DNA of 19,748 nucleotides from Candidatus Aenigmatarchaeota archaeon (GCA_043808015.1 JAZDFI010000005.1:1-19748), one strand, 5' to 3'. Positions 9,344 to 18,427 are shown, counted from the first letter of the stretch. A program made the numbers and translations. The notes: generated from the letters alone by a model not told the origin.

Positions 9344-9602
9344 GCGCCGCATCGCATTTTTTAGCAAGCCGCAGACAAACCATTTACTATCATATATTGT
9401 TCGTGATTGTCCGTGGAATAGGAAAACTTTAAAAACCATTATGGCAATATAATAAGAAATTCATATTCGACGTGGCGAGCGCCGTGCTATGCAGACCGGC
9501 ATTTTGCAGTTCGCCTTACGCGCGCAGCGTCACTAGCGCAAAAAGTATAAAGAGGGCAGTCGCCCTATTTATTATTATTAAGGGTTGTTCGGGAGGGATA
9601 GC

Positions 9603-11567
9603 ATGATGTTCCTTGAGTTTTTCGTCTGGATATCGGTCGTAATAGCTCTTGTTTTCGCGGGCTATATGGCATGGACGCTGAAGAAAAAACCCGAAGGCAA
9701 CGACAAGATGAAGGAGATAAGCGGCATCATTCACAATGGCGCGCTTACCTATCTGAACAAGCAATACAAAATCCTGTCCGTGTTCGTCGTCGTGATGGCG
9801 ATCATTCTGCTCGTCCTCATAGGCAAGGAGACCGCGGCATCGTTCGTGCTCGGCGCGGTGTTTTCCGCCCTCACGGGCAACATCGGCATGCGCATTGCCA
9901 CGAGGTCGAACGCCAAGACGACGGAAGGCTGCAGGAAAAGCCTTAACGAGGGATTGCGCATCGCATTCTCCTCGGGGACTGTCATGGGAATGTCGGTGGT
10001 CGGCCTAGGCCTGCTCGGAGTGGCGTTCCTTTACATTGTTTTCGGCGACCCGCAGATAATCTACGGCTTCGGTTTCGGCGCTTCATCCATCGCTCTTTTT
10101 GCGAGAGTCGGCGGAGGCATATTCACCAAAGCCGCGGACGTCGGAGCTGACCTTGTCGGCAAAGTCGAGAAAGGCATCCCAGAGGACGACCCGAGAAACC
10201 CCGCCGTCATAGCAGACAACGTCGGTGATAATGTCGGCGACATAGCCGGCATGGGAGCCGACCTCTTCGAGAGCTACGTCAACTCGATAATCGCCGCCAT
10301 GGCGCTGGGCATGATATTCTCGTCCTTCCAGGGCGCCATACTGCCGCTAGCGCTGGCCGGCCTTGGCATCATCGCCTCGGTCATAGGCACGTTCCTCGTG
10401 CGCACGGGCGAGAAGACGCAGGTGAAAGGCGCTATATCCGCTTTCAACCGCGGCATATACGCCTCGTCAGCGATAATGTTAGTGTTCTCATATTTCATCA
10501 TAATCTATGCCGGCGCGCAGATAGGCGTGTGGTACGCGACTATCGCCGGTCTCGTCGCAGGCGTTGCGATAGGCCTCGCCACCGAATACTACACGTCGAA
10601 AGACAAGAGGCCCGCGCAGAGCATCGCCGAGGCGTCGCAGACGGGCGCGGGCACGACCATAATAACCGGTCTTGCTGTTGGAATGAAAAGCACGCTCATC
10701 CCGGTTCTTGCGGTGGGCGCTTCCATATTGATTGCATACCAGTTCGCGGGCATGTACGGCATCGCTATCGCAGCGGTGGGCATGCTTTCCACGCTGGGCA
10801 TCACGCTCGCAACGGATACGTACGGTCCGGTCGCGGACAACTCCGCAGGCATCGCCGAGATGTCCGGCCTTCGCGGCGAAGTGCGCGAACGAGCCGAAAA
10901 CTTGGATGCGGTGGGCAACACCACTGCCGCGATGGGCAAGGGCTTCGCCATCGCATCCGCAGCTCTGACCGCGCTGGTCCTGTTCATAGCCTACGCGCAG
11001 ACTTTTGGCCTTGAGAACATGTCCATAACGAATCCGTTCGTGGTCGTGGGGCTTTTCATCGGGGCGCTTTTGCCGTTCCTGTTCTCCTCGTTCGCGATGT
11101 CATCCGTGGGCAAGACTGCCTACAAGATCGTCAACGAGGTCCGCAGGCAGTTCAAGGACAATGGCATAATGAGCGGCAAGAAGAAGCCGGACTACACGCG
11201 CTGCATCGAGATATCGACGCAAGCGTCTCTGCGCGAGATGATAGTTCCCGGTTCGCTGGCGATAATCGCGCCTCTAGCAACGGGATTCGTTCTAGGGCCT
11301 GCGGCACTGGGCGGGCTGCTCGCTGGAGCGACGGCGACGGGATTCCTGCTCGCCCTGATGATGGCCAACTCCGGCGGCGCAAGGGACAACGCCAAGAAGT
11401 TCGTAGAAGACGGCAACTTCGGCGGCAAGGGCAGCGACACACATAAAGCCGCGGTCGTCGGCGACACTGTAGGCGACCCGTTCAAGGATACCGCTGGCCC
11501 GAGCATAAACATACTGATAAAGCTGATGTCCATAGTGGCACTCGTATTCGCTCCGCTGCTCATATGA
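9603..11567 (+). CDS. hppA: Membrane-bound K+-dependent, probably Na+-translocating pyrophosphatase
   Basis: [46 protein letters not shown] (Ala = K+-dependent), [22 protein letters not shown] at 9591 precedes ATG 9603. Confidence 0.95.
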   Translation: MMFLEFFVWISVVIALVFAGYMAWTLKKKPEGNDKMKEISGIIHNGALTYLNKQYKILSVFVVVMAIILLVLIGKETAASFVLGAVFSALTGNIGMRIATRSNAKTTEGCRKSLNEGLRIAFSSGTVMGMSVVGLGLLGVAFLYIVFGDPQIIYGFGFGASSIALFARVGGGIFTKAADVGADLVGKVEKGIPEDDPRNPAVIADNVGDNVGDIAGMGADLFESYVNSIIAAMALGMIFSSFQGAILPLALAGLGIIASVIGTFLVRTGEKTQVKGAISAFNRGIYASSAIMLVFSYFIIIYAGAQIGVWYATIAGLVAGVAIGLATEYYTSKDKRPAQSIAEASQTGAGTTIITGLAVGMKSTLIPVLAVGASILIAYQFAGMYGIAIAAVGMLSTLGITLATDTYGPVADNSAGIAEMSGLRGEVRERAENLDAVGNTTAAMGKGFAIASAALTALVLFIAYAQTFGLENMSITNPFVVVGLFIGALLPFLFSSFAMSSVGKTAYKIVNEVRRQFKDNGIMSGKKKPDYTRCIEISTQASLREMIVPGSLAIIAPLATGFVLGPAALGGLLAGATATGFLLALMMANSGGARDNAKKFVEDGNFGGKGSDTHKAAVVGDTVGDPFKDTAGPSINILIKLMSIVALVFAPLLI

Positions 11568-11588
11568 GAAGAAATGACAGGATAAAAA

Positions 11589-12860
11589 ATGGTTACGCCT
11601 ATGCTGAGCGTCGTGCTCCTTGATTTTGTTTTAGTGCTAGTGGCAGCGAGACTGGGAGGATGGTTCGCTGAAAAAATAAGGCAGCCCTCGGTGCTGGGCG
11701 AGATAATCGCCGGCATAATGATAGGGCCAAGCCTGCTCGGCCTGATAAACCCTGCGGTCGCGGGCCAGGATGCGCAGTTCTCGTTCCAGTTCCTGCTGCT
11801 GCTCGGCGAGATAGGCGCGATGGTCCTGCTGTTCCAGGTGGGCCTGGAGTCCAGCCTGCACAAGATGATGAAATCAGGATCTACTTCATTCTGCGTCGCG
11901 CTGATCGGCGTGGTCGTGCCTGCGCTGCTCGGTTTCGTGTACTTTTATTATTTCCTCGGCCAGAGTTTCAACGTCTCGATATTCGTGGGCGGGACGCTGA
12001 CGGCGACGTCAGTGGGCATAACCATGCGCGTTCTCAAAGACATGGGCAAAATGAAAACAAACGATGGAAGAATAATACTGGGCGCCGCGGTGATAGATGA
12101 TGTAATGGGTCTGGTCATCCTTTCAATGGTCGTCGGCCTGATAGGGACGACGGTAGTCACTCCCGGCCAGATAATATTCGACACAGCCAGAATAACTATC
12201 ATATCCGTAATCTTCATGCTCGGCTCGCTCTGGCTCGGCATGCGCTGCATGCCGAAGATACTCGGATACCTTCACGGCATAAACATGCACAGGACCTTCA
12301 TAGTCTCGTCTTTCGTCTTCCTCATGATATACGGCTACCTGGCCGACATGATCGGCTTGGCAGCGATTGTCGGAGCTTTCGCTGCGGGCCTGGTTTTCGA
12401 AACGCTCGACACCAAGGAGCATTTCAGGGAAAAGGTCAAGCCGGTCGCAAACCTGCTGGTGCCGATATTCTTCGTCATGGTGGGCGCGCGCATGAACATC
12501 GCGGCGCTCGCGGCTCCTGAGACGCTGCCCATTATTCTCGTGCTGCTGGCCATAGCCATAGCCGGCAAGATGGCCGCGGGCCTGGGGGCATTGCGCACAA
12601 AGGCGAACAAGCTGGCGATAGGCATAGGCATGATACCGAGAGGCGAAGTCGGACTGATGTTCGCGGCCATGGGGCTGACCGTGGGCTTAATCACCATGCA
12701 GCTTTACTCCGCGCTGGTCATCGTCATATTGATAACGACGCTCATCACGCCGCCGTTCTTCGCCAGGGCGGTGAAAGGCATCAAATCCGACGAGCATGAA
12801 GAGGCGAAAAAGCAGAAAGGAAAAAATACGGAAGATGAAGACTTCCTTGCCCACGCCTAA
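11589..12860 (+). CDS. Cation:proton antiporter, CPA2 (NapA-like)
   Basis: [44 protein letters not shown] and [10 protein letters not shown]; about 12-13 TM segments. Confidence 0.92.
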   Translation: MVTPMLSVVLLDFVLVLVAARLGGWFAEKIRQPSVLGEIIAGIMIGPSLLGLINPAVAGQDAQFSFQFLLLLGEIGAMVLLFQVGLESSLHKMMKSGSTSFCVALIGVVVPALLGFVYFYYFLGQSFNVSIFVGGTLTATSVGITMRVLKDMGKMKTNDGRIILGAAVIDDVMGLVILSMVVGLIGTTVVTPGQIIFDTARITIISVIFMLGSLWLGMRCMPKILGYLHGINMHRTFIVSSFVFLMIYGYLADMIGLAAIVGAFAAGLVFETLDTKEHFREKVKPVANLLVPIFFVMVGARMNIAALAAPETLPIILVLLAIAIAGKMAAGLGALRTKANKLAIGIGMIPRGEVGLMFAAMGLTVGLITMQLYSALVIVILITTLITPPFFARAVKGIKSDEHEEAKKQKGKNTEDEDFLAHA

Positions 12861-12923
12861 ATCATTTCATGCCCGTTTGCGTCTTACGTGAAAACTTTTT
12901 AATAACGCATCACAATTTTATTC

Positions 12924-13955
12924 ATGCTCGTCGATGGCAGGCATTACCGCACGGTCTGGCTGGACAATCGCCATATTAAAATGATAAACCAGCTTCTTCT
13001 CCCACACGCATTCGAAATCGTAAGCCTGCGAAGCACGGACGAAATCGTCCGCGCGATAAAGACCATGGTCGTGCGCGGCGCGCCGGCTATAGGCGCGACA
13101 GCCGCTTTCGCAATGGCGCTCGGCGTCGCCAGCGCGCCCAGAAAGAACTTCGATGCCCGGATAGCGCAGACGGCCAAGAAAATCAAAGGCGCGCGGCCGA
13201 CTGCTTACGACCTGTTCCACGGAGTGGACTTCATTCTCGACGCGATTGCAAACGCAAAATCGCCTGAACAAAAGAAAAAGCTCGCCATCAAGGCAGCCGA
13301 AGAATACGCAAACGCTTCAGCAAAGGCGTGCGAGAAAATCGGGGAATACGGCTCGAAGCTGATAAAAAACAATTATCGCATCGCGACGCACTGCAACGCG
13401 GGCTGGATAGCATGCGTCGACTGGGGCACAGCCCTGTCGCCGATGTATTTCGCGAAGCGGCAAAACAAGAACATATTCGTATGGGTCGATGAGACCCGTC
13501 CCCGCCTCCAGGGAGCGAAGCTGACATCATGGGAGCTGCTCAACGAAGGAGTCGCTCATGCGGTCATAGCGGACAACGCCCTCGGCCACTACATGAGACG
13601 GGGCGAAGTCGACATGATGATAGTCGGCGCGGACAGGATCGCAGCGAACGGCGACTTCGCGAACAAGATAGGCACGTACGAGAAAGCCGTCCTAGCCAAA
13701 GAGAACAAGATTCCTTTTTACGTTGCCGCTCCGGCATCGACATTCGACCTGAACTGCAAGTCCGGCGACAAGATAATAATCGAGGAGCGTGACGAGGGCG
13801 AGATTCATTTCGTGGGACGCGAGCGCGTCACGCCAAAAGGCGCGAAGGCGCGAAATCCCGCGTTCGACGTGACGCCGGCGAAGTACGTCACAGGATTCAT
13901 CACGCCGCTGGGCATCATAAAGCCAGGCGCGATAGTCCGCGCTTTCAAAGAATGA
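12924..13955 (+). CDS. mtnA: S-methyl-5-thioribose-1-phosphate / 5-deoxyribose-1-phosphate isomerase
   Basis: NQLLLP, VRGAPAIG, ARPTA, THCNAG...GTAL, DETRPRLQGAKLTSWEL, GADRIAANGD.ANKIGT and NPAFDVTP. This is the MtnA pattern rather than ribose-1,5-bisphosphate isomerase. TATA-like TTTTTAAT near 12896. Confidence 0.92.
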   Translation: MLVDGRHYRTVWLDNRHIKMINQLLLPHAFEIVSLRSTDEIVRAIKTMVVRGAPAIGATAAFAMALGVASAPRKNFDARIAQTAKKIKGARPTAYDLFHGVDFILDAIANAKSPEQKKKLAIKAAEEYANASAKACEKIGEYGSKLIKNNYRIATHCNAGWIACVDWGTALSPMYFAKRQNKNIFVWVDETRPRLQGAKLTSWELLNEGVAHAVIADNALGHYMRRGEVDMMIVGADRIAANGDFANKIGTYEKAVLAKENKIPFYVAAPASTFDLNCKSGDKIIIEERDEGEIHFVGRERVTPKGAKARNPAFDVTPAKYVTGFITPLGIIKPGAIVRAFKE

Positions 13956-14018
13956 AAATAACTTTTATATTTCCAGAAATGTCTTTTATATCATCATATT
14001 TTGGTTTGGGGTGATGTT

Positions 14019-14807
14019 ATGGATTGGGGCAAGAAAAATCGCATGGACAGGATCATAAGGCCCGACGGCCACACGCTGATGCTCGCCGTCGATCACGGTT
14101 ATTTCCTGGGTCCGACAAGCGGCCTCGAGAAGCCGAGGAAGATGATAATGTCGCTGGCGCCTTACGCGGATTGTTTAATGCCGACGCGCGGCGTTCTCAG
14201 GAACTGCGTGGACACGAGCATCGACATTCCCGTCGTCCTGCGAGTATCGGGCGGAACCAGCGTGATCGGAAAAGAACTCCTTCACGAGGGCATAACCGTC
14301 TCGATGAAAGACGCGGTCCGGCTCAACGTAGCCGGCGTAGCGTTCTCGATAATGGTCGGCTCGGAATACGAGCGAGACACGATACTAGGGCTTTCGCAGG
14401 TCGTGGACCAGGCCGAGGAGTATGGAATCCCGGTCGTCGCTGTGACAGCCGTCGGCAAAGACATGGCCCGCGACGACAGGTATTTTGCGCTGGCGTCGCG
14501 CATCGCGGCCGAGCACGGCGCGAGCATAGTCAAGACGTATTACTGCGACCGCTTTGAAAGGGTGGTGGATACGTGCACAGTGCCGGTCGTAATCGCCGGC
14601 GGCAAGAAGCTGCCCGAAATGGAGGCGCTGGAAATGGCATACAAGGCGATAGAGGCCGGCGCAGCGGGCGTGGACATGGGCCGCAACATCTTCCAGGCGG
14701 ACAATCCTGTAGCGATGATAAAAGCCGTGAGGGCGATAGTCCACGAGAAGGCAACTCCGAAAGAGGCGTATAATATTTTGAAAGCGAATTCCAGAAAGAA
14801 GAAGTAA
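14019..14807 (+). CDS. lsrF: LsrF-type class I aldolase-fold 3-hydroxy-5-phosphonooxypentane-2,4-dione thiolase
   Basis: N-terminus [34 protein letters not shown], Schiff-base Lys in VKTYY, VIAGGKK and [19 protein letters not shown] at 14008-14014 precedes ATG 14019. Confidence 0.85.
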   Translation: MDWGKKNRMDRIIRPDGHTLMLAVDHGYFLGPTSGLEKPRKMIMSLAPYADCLMPTRGVLRNCVDTSIDIPVVLRVSGGTSVIGKELLHEGITVSMKDAVRLNVAGVAFSIMVGSEYERDTILGLSQVVDQAEEYGIPVVAVTAVGKDMARDDRYFALASRIAAEHGASIVKTYYCDRFERVVDTCTVPVVIAGGKKLPEMEALEMAYKAIEAGAAGVDMGRNIFQADNPVAMIKAVRAIVHEKATPKEAYNILKANSRKKK

Positions 14808-14842
14808 ACGAAAAATAAAGAAATTGGGGATTGGGTGAGAAT

Positions 14843-15148
14843 ATGGTGTGTTATATAATTCCGCTGGCGACCGGCATTATAACTGCGGCGCGAAGAAAGG
14901 TCATGCACAAGAAAGACAAGGAAAGTCTTTGGCTGAGCCTCATGTTTGCTGGCGCGTCCGTGTTCGGCGTGGTTGACCACGCGTGGAACGGCGAGCTGAT
15001 GATGATCGGCCCGAACATCGCTTCCGACCTCGCGCTAGGGACGGCAATCACAGCAGCCGTGTTCGTGAGCTGGGGCACCGTAACGCATAAAGACAGGATA
15101 TTCGAGGCGCTCAGGCCGCTCAGCAGGATAACGGGAATTCTGAAGTGA
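14843..15148 (+). CDS. Small membrane protein (about 3 TM), unknown function
   Basis: SD GGGTGA at 14833-14838 precedes ATG 14843; three hydrophobic segments; co-oriented within the cluster. Confidence 0.7.
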   Translation: MVCYIIPLATGIITAARRKVMHKKDKESLWLSLMFAGASVFGVVDHAWNGELMMIGPNIASDLALGTAITAAVFVSWGTVTHKDRIFEALRPLSRITGILK

Positions 15149-15185
15149 AATCAGCTGAAATTGAAAACCGGAAATGTGATTCAAG

Positions 15186-16205
15186 ATGAAAGTCGCCATG
15201 TATTACAACAACCACGACATCCGCCTTCAGGAAATGCCCGTGCCGGACATAGGCGATAAAGAGATTCTGCTCAAAGTCATGTCTTCCGGCATATGCGGCT
15301 CCGACGTGATGGAATGGTACCGCATAAAGAAGGCGCCGCTGGTCCTCGGCCATGAGGTCGCTGGTGTCGTGCACAAGACCGGCAAGAAAGTCAAAAGCTT
15401 CAAAAAAGGCGACCGCATATTCGTCACGCATCACGTCCCCTGCGACAGCTGCTCATACTGCAAAGGCGGCAACGAGACCGCGTGCCACACGCTCAAGACG
15501 ACGAACTTCCATCCGGGCGGCTTCTCCCAGTACATCCGCGTCCCTGAAATCAACGTGCGCAAAGGGACTCTCGAGCTTCCCAAGGGCATGACGTTCGACG
15601 AAGGCACGTTCGTCGAGCCCGTCGCATGCGTCGTCCGCGGCCAGCGCGTCGCGAACGTGCGCAAAGGTAACGTCGTCGCAGTGCTTGGCTCTGGAATGAC
15701 GGGCCTGCTCCACATACAGCTGGCAAAGGCGAAAGGCGCGGTCGTCATAGCGACGGACGTCAGCGAATACCGCCTGAAAATGGCCAAGAAGATGGGCGCG
15801 GATTACGTCATAGACGCGCGCGAAGACGTCCCGGCCAAGATAAAGGAGCTTGCAGGCAAGCTCGCGGACAGGGTAATCGTCTCGACGGGCGCGATGCCCG
15901 CGATAAAGCAGGCTTTCAGCTGTCTCGATGCCGGAGGAACCATATTGTTTTTCGCGCCAACCGACCCCGGAGCCGAAGTCGCAATGCCGTTCAACGACAT
16001 CTGGTTCAAGTCGGCCAGCATAGTCACCACGTACGCAGCCGCCCGCAGCGACCTGACAGAAGCGATAAAGCTGATAAAGACGAAGAAAATCAGGGTGAAG
16101 CCCATGGTCACGCATCGCCTGCCGCTCGCGCAGACGCAGAAGGGCTTCGGGCTGGTCATGAGCGGCGCGGCGTCGGTCAAGGTCATCATAGAGCCGCACA
16201 AATAG
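15186..16205 (+). CDS. Zn-dependent medium-chain dehydrogenase (sorbitol/threonine DH-like), probably NAD+-linked
   Basis: Catalytic Zn ligands CGSD, GHE and VEP; structural Zn CDSCSYC..C; Rossmann GSGMTG with an acidic residue (ATDVS) typical of NAD+ preference. Confidence 0.92.
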   Translation: MKVAMYYNNHDIRLQEMPVPDIGDKEILLKVMSSGICGSDVMEWYRIKKAPLVLGHEVAGVVHKTGKKVKSFKKGDRIFVTHHVPCDSCSYCKGGNETACHTLKTTNFHPGGFSQYIRVPEINVRKGTLELPKGMTFDEGTFVEPVACVVRGQRVANVRKGNVVAVLGSGMTGLLHIQLAKAKGAVVIATDVSEYRLKMAKKMGADYVIDAREDVPAKIKELAGKLADRVIVSTGAMPAIKQAFSCLDAGGTILFFAPTDPGAEVAMPFNDIWFKSASIVTTYAAARSDLTEAIKLIKTKKIRVKPMVTHRLPLAQTQKGFGLVMSGAASVKVIIEPHK

Positions 16206-16235
16206 CGGCAATTGCTATCGTTTCTTAGGGTTTGC

Positions 16236-16268
16236 GTTTAAACGAATGTTTAAACATAACTTTATATA
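16236..16268 (+). promoter_or_regulatory. Tandem GTTTAAAC palindromes plus TATA box upstream of the doc/fic gene
   Basis: GTTTAAAC at 16236 and 16248, ATGTTTAAACATAAC at 16246-16260, TTTATATA at 16261-16268, ATG at 16291. Confidence 0.7.
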
Positions 16269-16290
16269 TCCTTATTACGAAAAAGTATAT

Positions 16291-16647
16291 ATGAATTCGG
16301 AATACATAATCTCCAGGGACCAGATAAAAAGGATAAACGAAATGTATGGCGGGAGCCTGAGAAGCGACGCGGAGATAGAGACCGCGCTTGAGATGGGCAA
16401 AGGCAAGGCCGTTTTCCGGAAGGTAGCATGCCTGTGGAGAGCGATACTTGTCGGCCACCCGTTCACTGACGGCAACAAGAGGACAGCCCTAATGGTGGCG
16501 CTTACAATATTGGAAGATTGCAACATCAGGGCCGAGGAAAAGGCAAAGGAGGCCATGGTTTCGGAGATAACCAAAGTGGCGAAGGAGAACATAACCGATA
16601 TCAACAGGATAGAGAGGCTGGTAAGGTATGCAGTGGAAGGCAATTGA
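16291..16647 (+). CDS. Fic/Doc family protein (Doc-like toxin)
   Basis: HPFTDGNKRTA Fic motif with the Doc-type Lys; about 118 aa. ATG 16291 chosen because ATG 16246 lies inside the upstream motif. Confidence 0.85.
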   Translation: MNSEYIISRDQIKRINEMYGGSLRSDAEIETALEMGKGKAVFRKVACLWRAILVGHPFTDGNKRTALMVALTILEDCNIRAEEKAKEAMVSEITKVAKENITDINRIERLVRYAVEGN

Positions 16648-16840
16648 AAGGATAATGAAGGAGAACGAGAAATACGCGCAGATGCTGGAAGAGTTCGACA
16701 GGACAGGCGTCCTCTCGATAGACAAGATTCGCCGCTCCTTCACGATAAAAAATTCGACTTTCTCAGCCCTTAAATCCCGTTCGAAAGCGACGGGCATACC
16801 CATGAGCGATATCATCGACGGCCTCGTCGAGAAGAGCTGA
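16628..16840 (+). CDS. Small protein with C-terminal ribbon-helix-helix-like domain (candidate antitoxin)
   Basis: RRSFTI (strand), NSTFSALKSRSKATG and MSDIIDGLV match an RHH pattern; overlaps the doc 3' end. Alternative start at 16655. Confidence 0.65.
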   Translation: MQWKAIERIMKENEKYAQMLEEFDRTGVLSIDKIRRSFTIKNSTFSALKSRSKATGIPMSDIIDGLVEKS

Positions 16841-16886
16841 CTGGTTTCTTTATATACTCGTTCTGCAGATAGCTATACCAATAGGT

Positions 16887-17378
16887 ATGATTATGGCCAA
16901 GTCGAAAATTACGCCCAGAAAAGAATTCATGGCAGCAGCGATAGAGAAAGCCATGCGCACGAAAATCAAGGGCGACTACGCGTTCGGCGCAGTCGTTGTG
17001 AAGGGCGACAAGATAGTCTCGACTGGCGGCAACCACGTCAAACGCGATAGCGACCCCACGCGCCACGCCGAGATGGTGGCCATCCACCGCGCGTCGAAAA
17101 TCCTCGCCACCAGGCACCTCAAGGGATGCGTGCTCTACTCGACGCACGAGCCTTGTCCCATGTGCACGTCCGCCGCGATATGGGCAAAGATGGACGGCAT
17201 CGTGTTCGGAGCGAAGATAAAGGACATAGACGCGCACAGGAAGAAGAAGGGCAACGAGGAATTCGAATGGAGGACGATATCGATTCCCTGCTCCGTCGTC
17301 GCGGAGCACGGAGACCCGAAAATCGCAGTCGTCGAGGGATTCATGCGCAGGGAATGCATGCAGCTCTTCCACAATTAA
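16887..17378 (+). CDS. Cytidine-deaminase-fold nucleoside/nucleobase deaminase (GuaD/TadA-like)
   Basis: FGAVVVK, DPTRHAEM, LYSTHEPCPMC and IVFGA; TATA TTTATATA at 16849-16856. Confidence 0.88.
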   Translation: MIMAKSKITPRKEFMAAAIEKAMRTKIKGDYAFGAVVVKGDKIVSTGGNHVKRDSDPTRHAEMVAIHRASKILATRHLKGCVLYSTHEPCPMCTSAAIWAKMDGIVFGAKIKDIDAHRKKKGNEEFEWRTISIPCSVVAEHGDPKIAVVEGFMRRECMQLFHN

Positions 17379-17389
17379 GGCCGCGTTTT

Positions 17390-18025
17390 TTAAGCGACGT
17401 TCGCATCGTTGCTGTAACCTCTGCTCTCCCAGAAGCCCTTGTAATCCGGGTCGTCAGAGAGCTCGATTTCAGTCACCCATTTTATCCACTTGTAGCCGAG
17501 CTTGTTCTCGGCAACCAGCTGGAAAGGGAAGCCCCTTTCAGGCGGCAGGGTCACGCCGTTCATTTTATAGGCGAGCATTATGTTATTGTCCATGACGTAG
17601 TCTAGGGGCAGCGAAGTCGTGTAGCCGTCGTATGCGTGGAATATCACGGTATTCGCTTCAGGCTTCGCCGCGCCGATGAGGTCCTTCACCAGCACTCCCT
17701 CCCAAAGCAGCCGCACGTTCCACCCCTCGACGCAGTAAAGGGTGACGACCTTGGAGTATTTCTGGAGCGAGAGCGCGTCGTCGTAAGAAAGGCTGCGCGG
17801 GTTCTCCGCCAGGCCGGATATCCCCAGTTTGTACGAGTTAATATCGACGTGCTGCGGGCCTTCTATCGAATTCTCCCTGAAGTCGTTCACGGACGAGAGC
17901 CGCTCCCCCTGGTAGTCGCGTATCTCGACCCCGTCCAGGGTTATGGCGCCCTGCTGCACGCACCCGGAAACCAGCACAATCAAAGCCGTCACCGAAAGCA
18001 ACGAAAGCAGAACAGAGCGCTTCAT
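17390..18025 (-). CDS. Molybdopterin-dependent oxidoreductase, sulfite-oxidase family (MsrP/YedY-like), predicted lipoprotein
   Basis: LYCVEGW (Mo-ligand Cys), YTTSLPL, LAYKMNG, GFPFQLV, GYKWIKWV and GFWESRGY; N-terminal hydrophobic stretch ending VSGC. Confidence 0.88.
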   Translation of the reverse strand: MKRSVLLSLLSVTALIVLVSGCVQQGAITLDGVEIRDYQGERLSSVNDFRENSIEGPQHVDINSYKLGISGLAENPRSLSYDDALSLQKYSKVVTLYCVEGWNVRLLWEGVLVKDLIGAAKPEANTVIFHAYDGYTTSLPLDYVMDNNIMLAYKMNGVTLPPERGFPFQLVAENKLGYKWIKWVTEIELSDDPDYKGFWESRGYSNDANVA

Positions 18026-18294
18026 TTTTTCCCTCCGAAAATCCCTTTAGTCACAGATACGACCCACTTCCAGTGCAGCACGAAATGCAGCAGTGCCAGG
18101 ATCCCGAAAGCCAGCCCGACCCAGTCGTGCAGCACCGTCATCTGGTAAAGAGGCAGCGAACCGGCCAGCGCAGCGTAGCTTATGCCGAAAAACCGCCAGA
18201 AGTCATGGAACTTGAACATCCCGGTGACAAAAACAACCGCTATCGTCACAACCAGCCCGAGATCAACGACATAATTCAGCCTTGTCCTGTCCAT
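18022..18294 (-). CDS. DUF4405-like membrane protein (putative heme b partner)
   Basis: Two TM segments, VTG, LHDWVG and LLHFVLHWKW His motifs; ATGA overlap with the Moco gene; SD-like GGCGGTG before ATG 18294. Confidence 0.78.
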   Translation of the reverse strand: MDRTRLNYVVDLGLVVTIAVVFVTGMFKFHDFWRFFGISYAALAGSLPLYQMTVLHDWVGLAFGILALLHFVLHWKWVVSVTKGIFGGKK

Positions 18295-18402
18295 AATAAA
18301 CACCGCCTGCAATATTACAGCCCTTCGGAAGTTTTAATGGCCCCGGGACTTTATAAAATAAAGGTTCCGTATCCGAACTTCTGCAGCATTTCGCCGTCCG
18401 AT

Positions 18403-18427
18403 GTTTAAACAAATGTTTAAACATAAC
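18403..18427 (+). repeat. Second copy of the tandem GTTTAAAC / ATGTTTAAACATAAC motif
   Basis: GTTTAAAC at 18403 and 18415; the 15-mer occupies 18413-18427. Confidence 0.8.

Noticed and set aside
12924-13955. eIF2B subunit or ribose-1,5-bisphosphate isomerase (AMP/RuBisCO pathway)
   Set aside because: The N-terminal NQLLLP region and the HCNAG...GTAL and LQGAKLT.WEL motifs are MtnA-type.
14019-14807. AI-2 quorum-sensing (lsr) operon, or archaeal FBP aldolase / ADH synthase
   Set aside because: No lsrK, lsrG, lsrR or ABC transporter nearby. The DHGYF.GP, KTYY and DMGRNIFQ motifs match LsrF rather than the other DhnA-family members.
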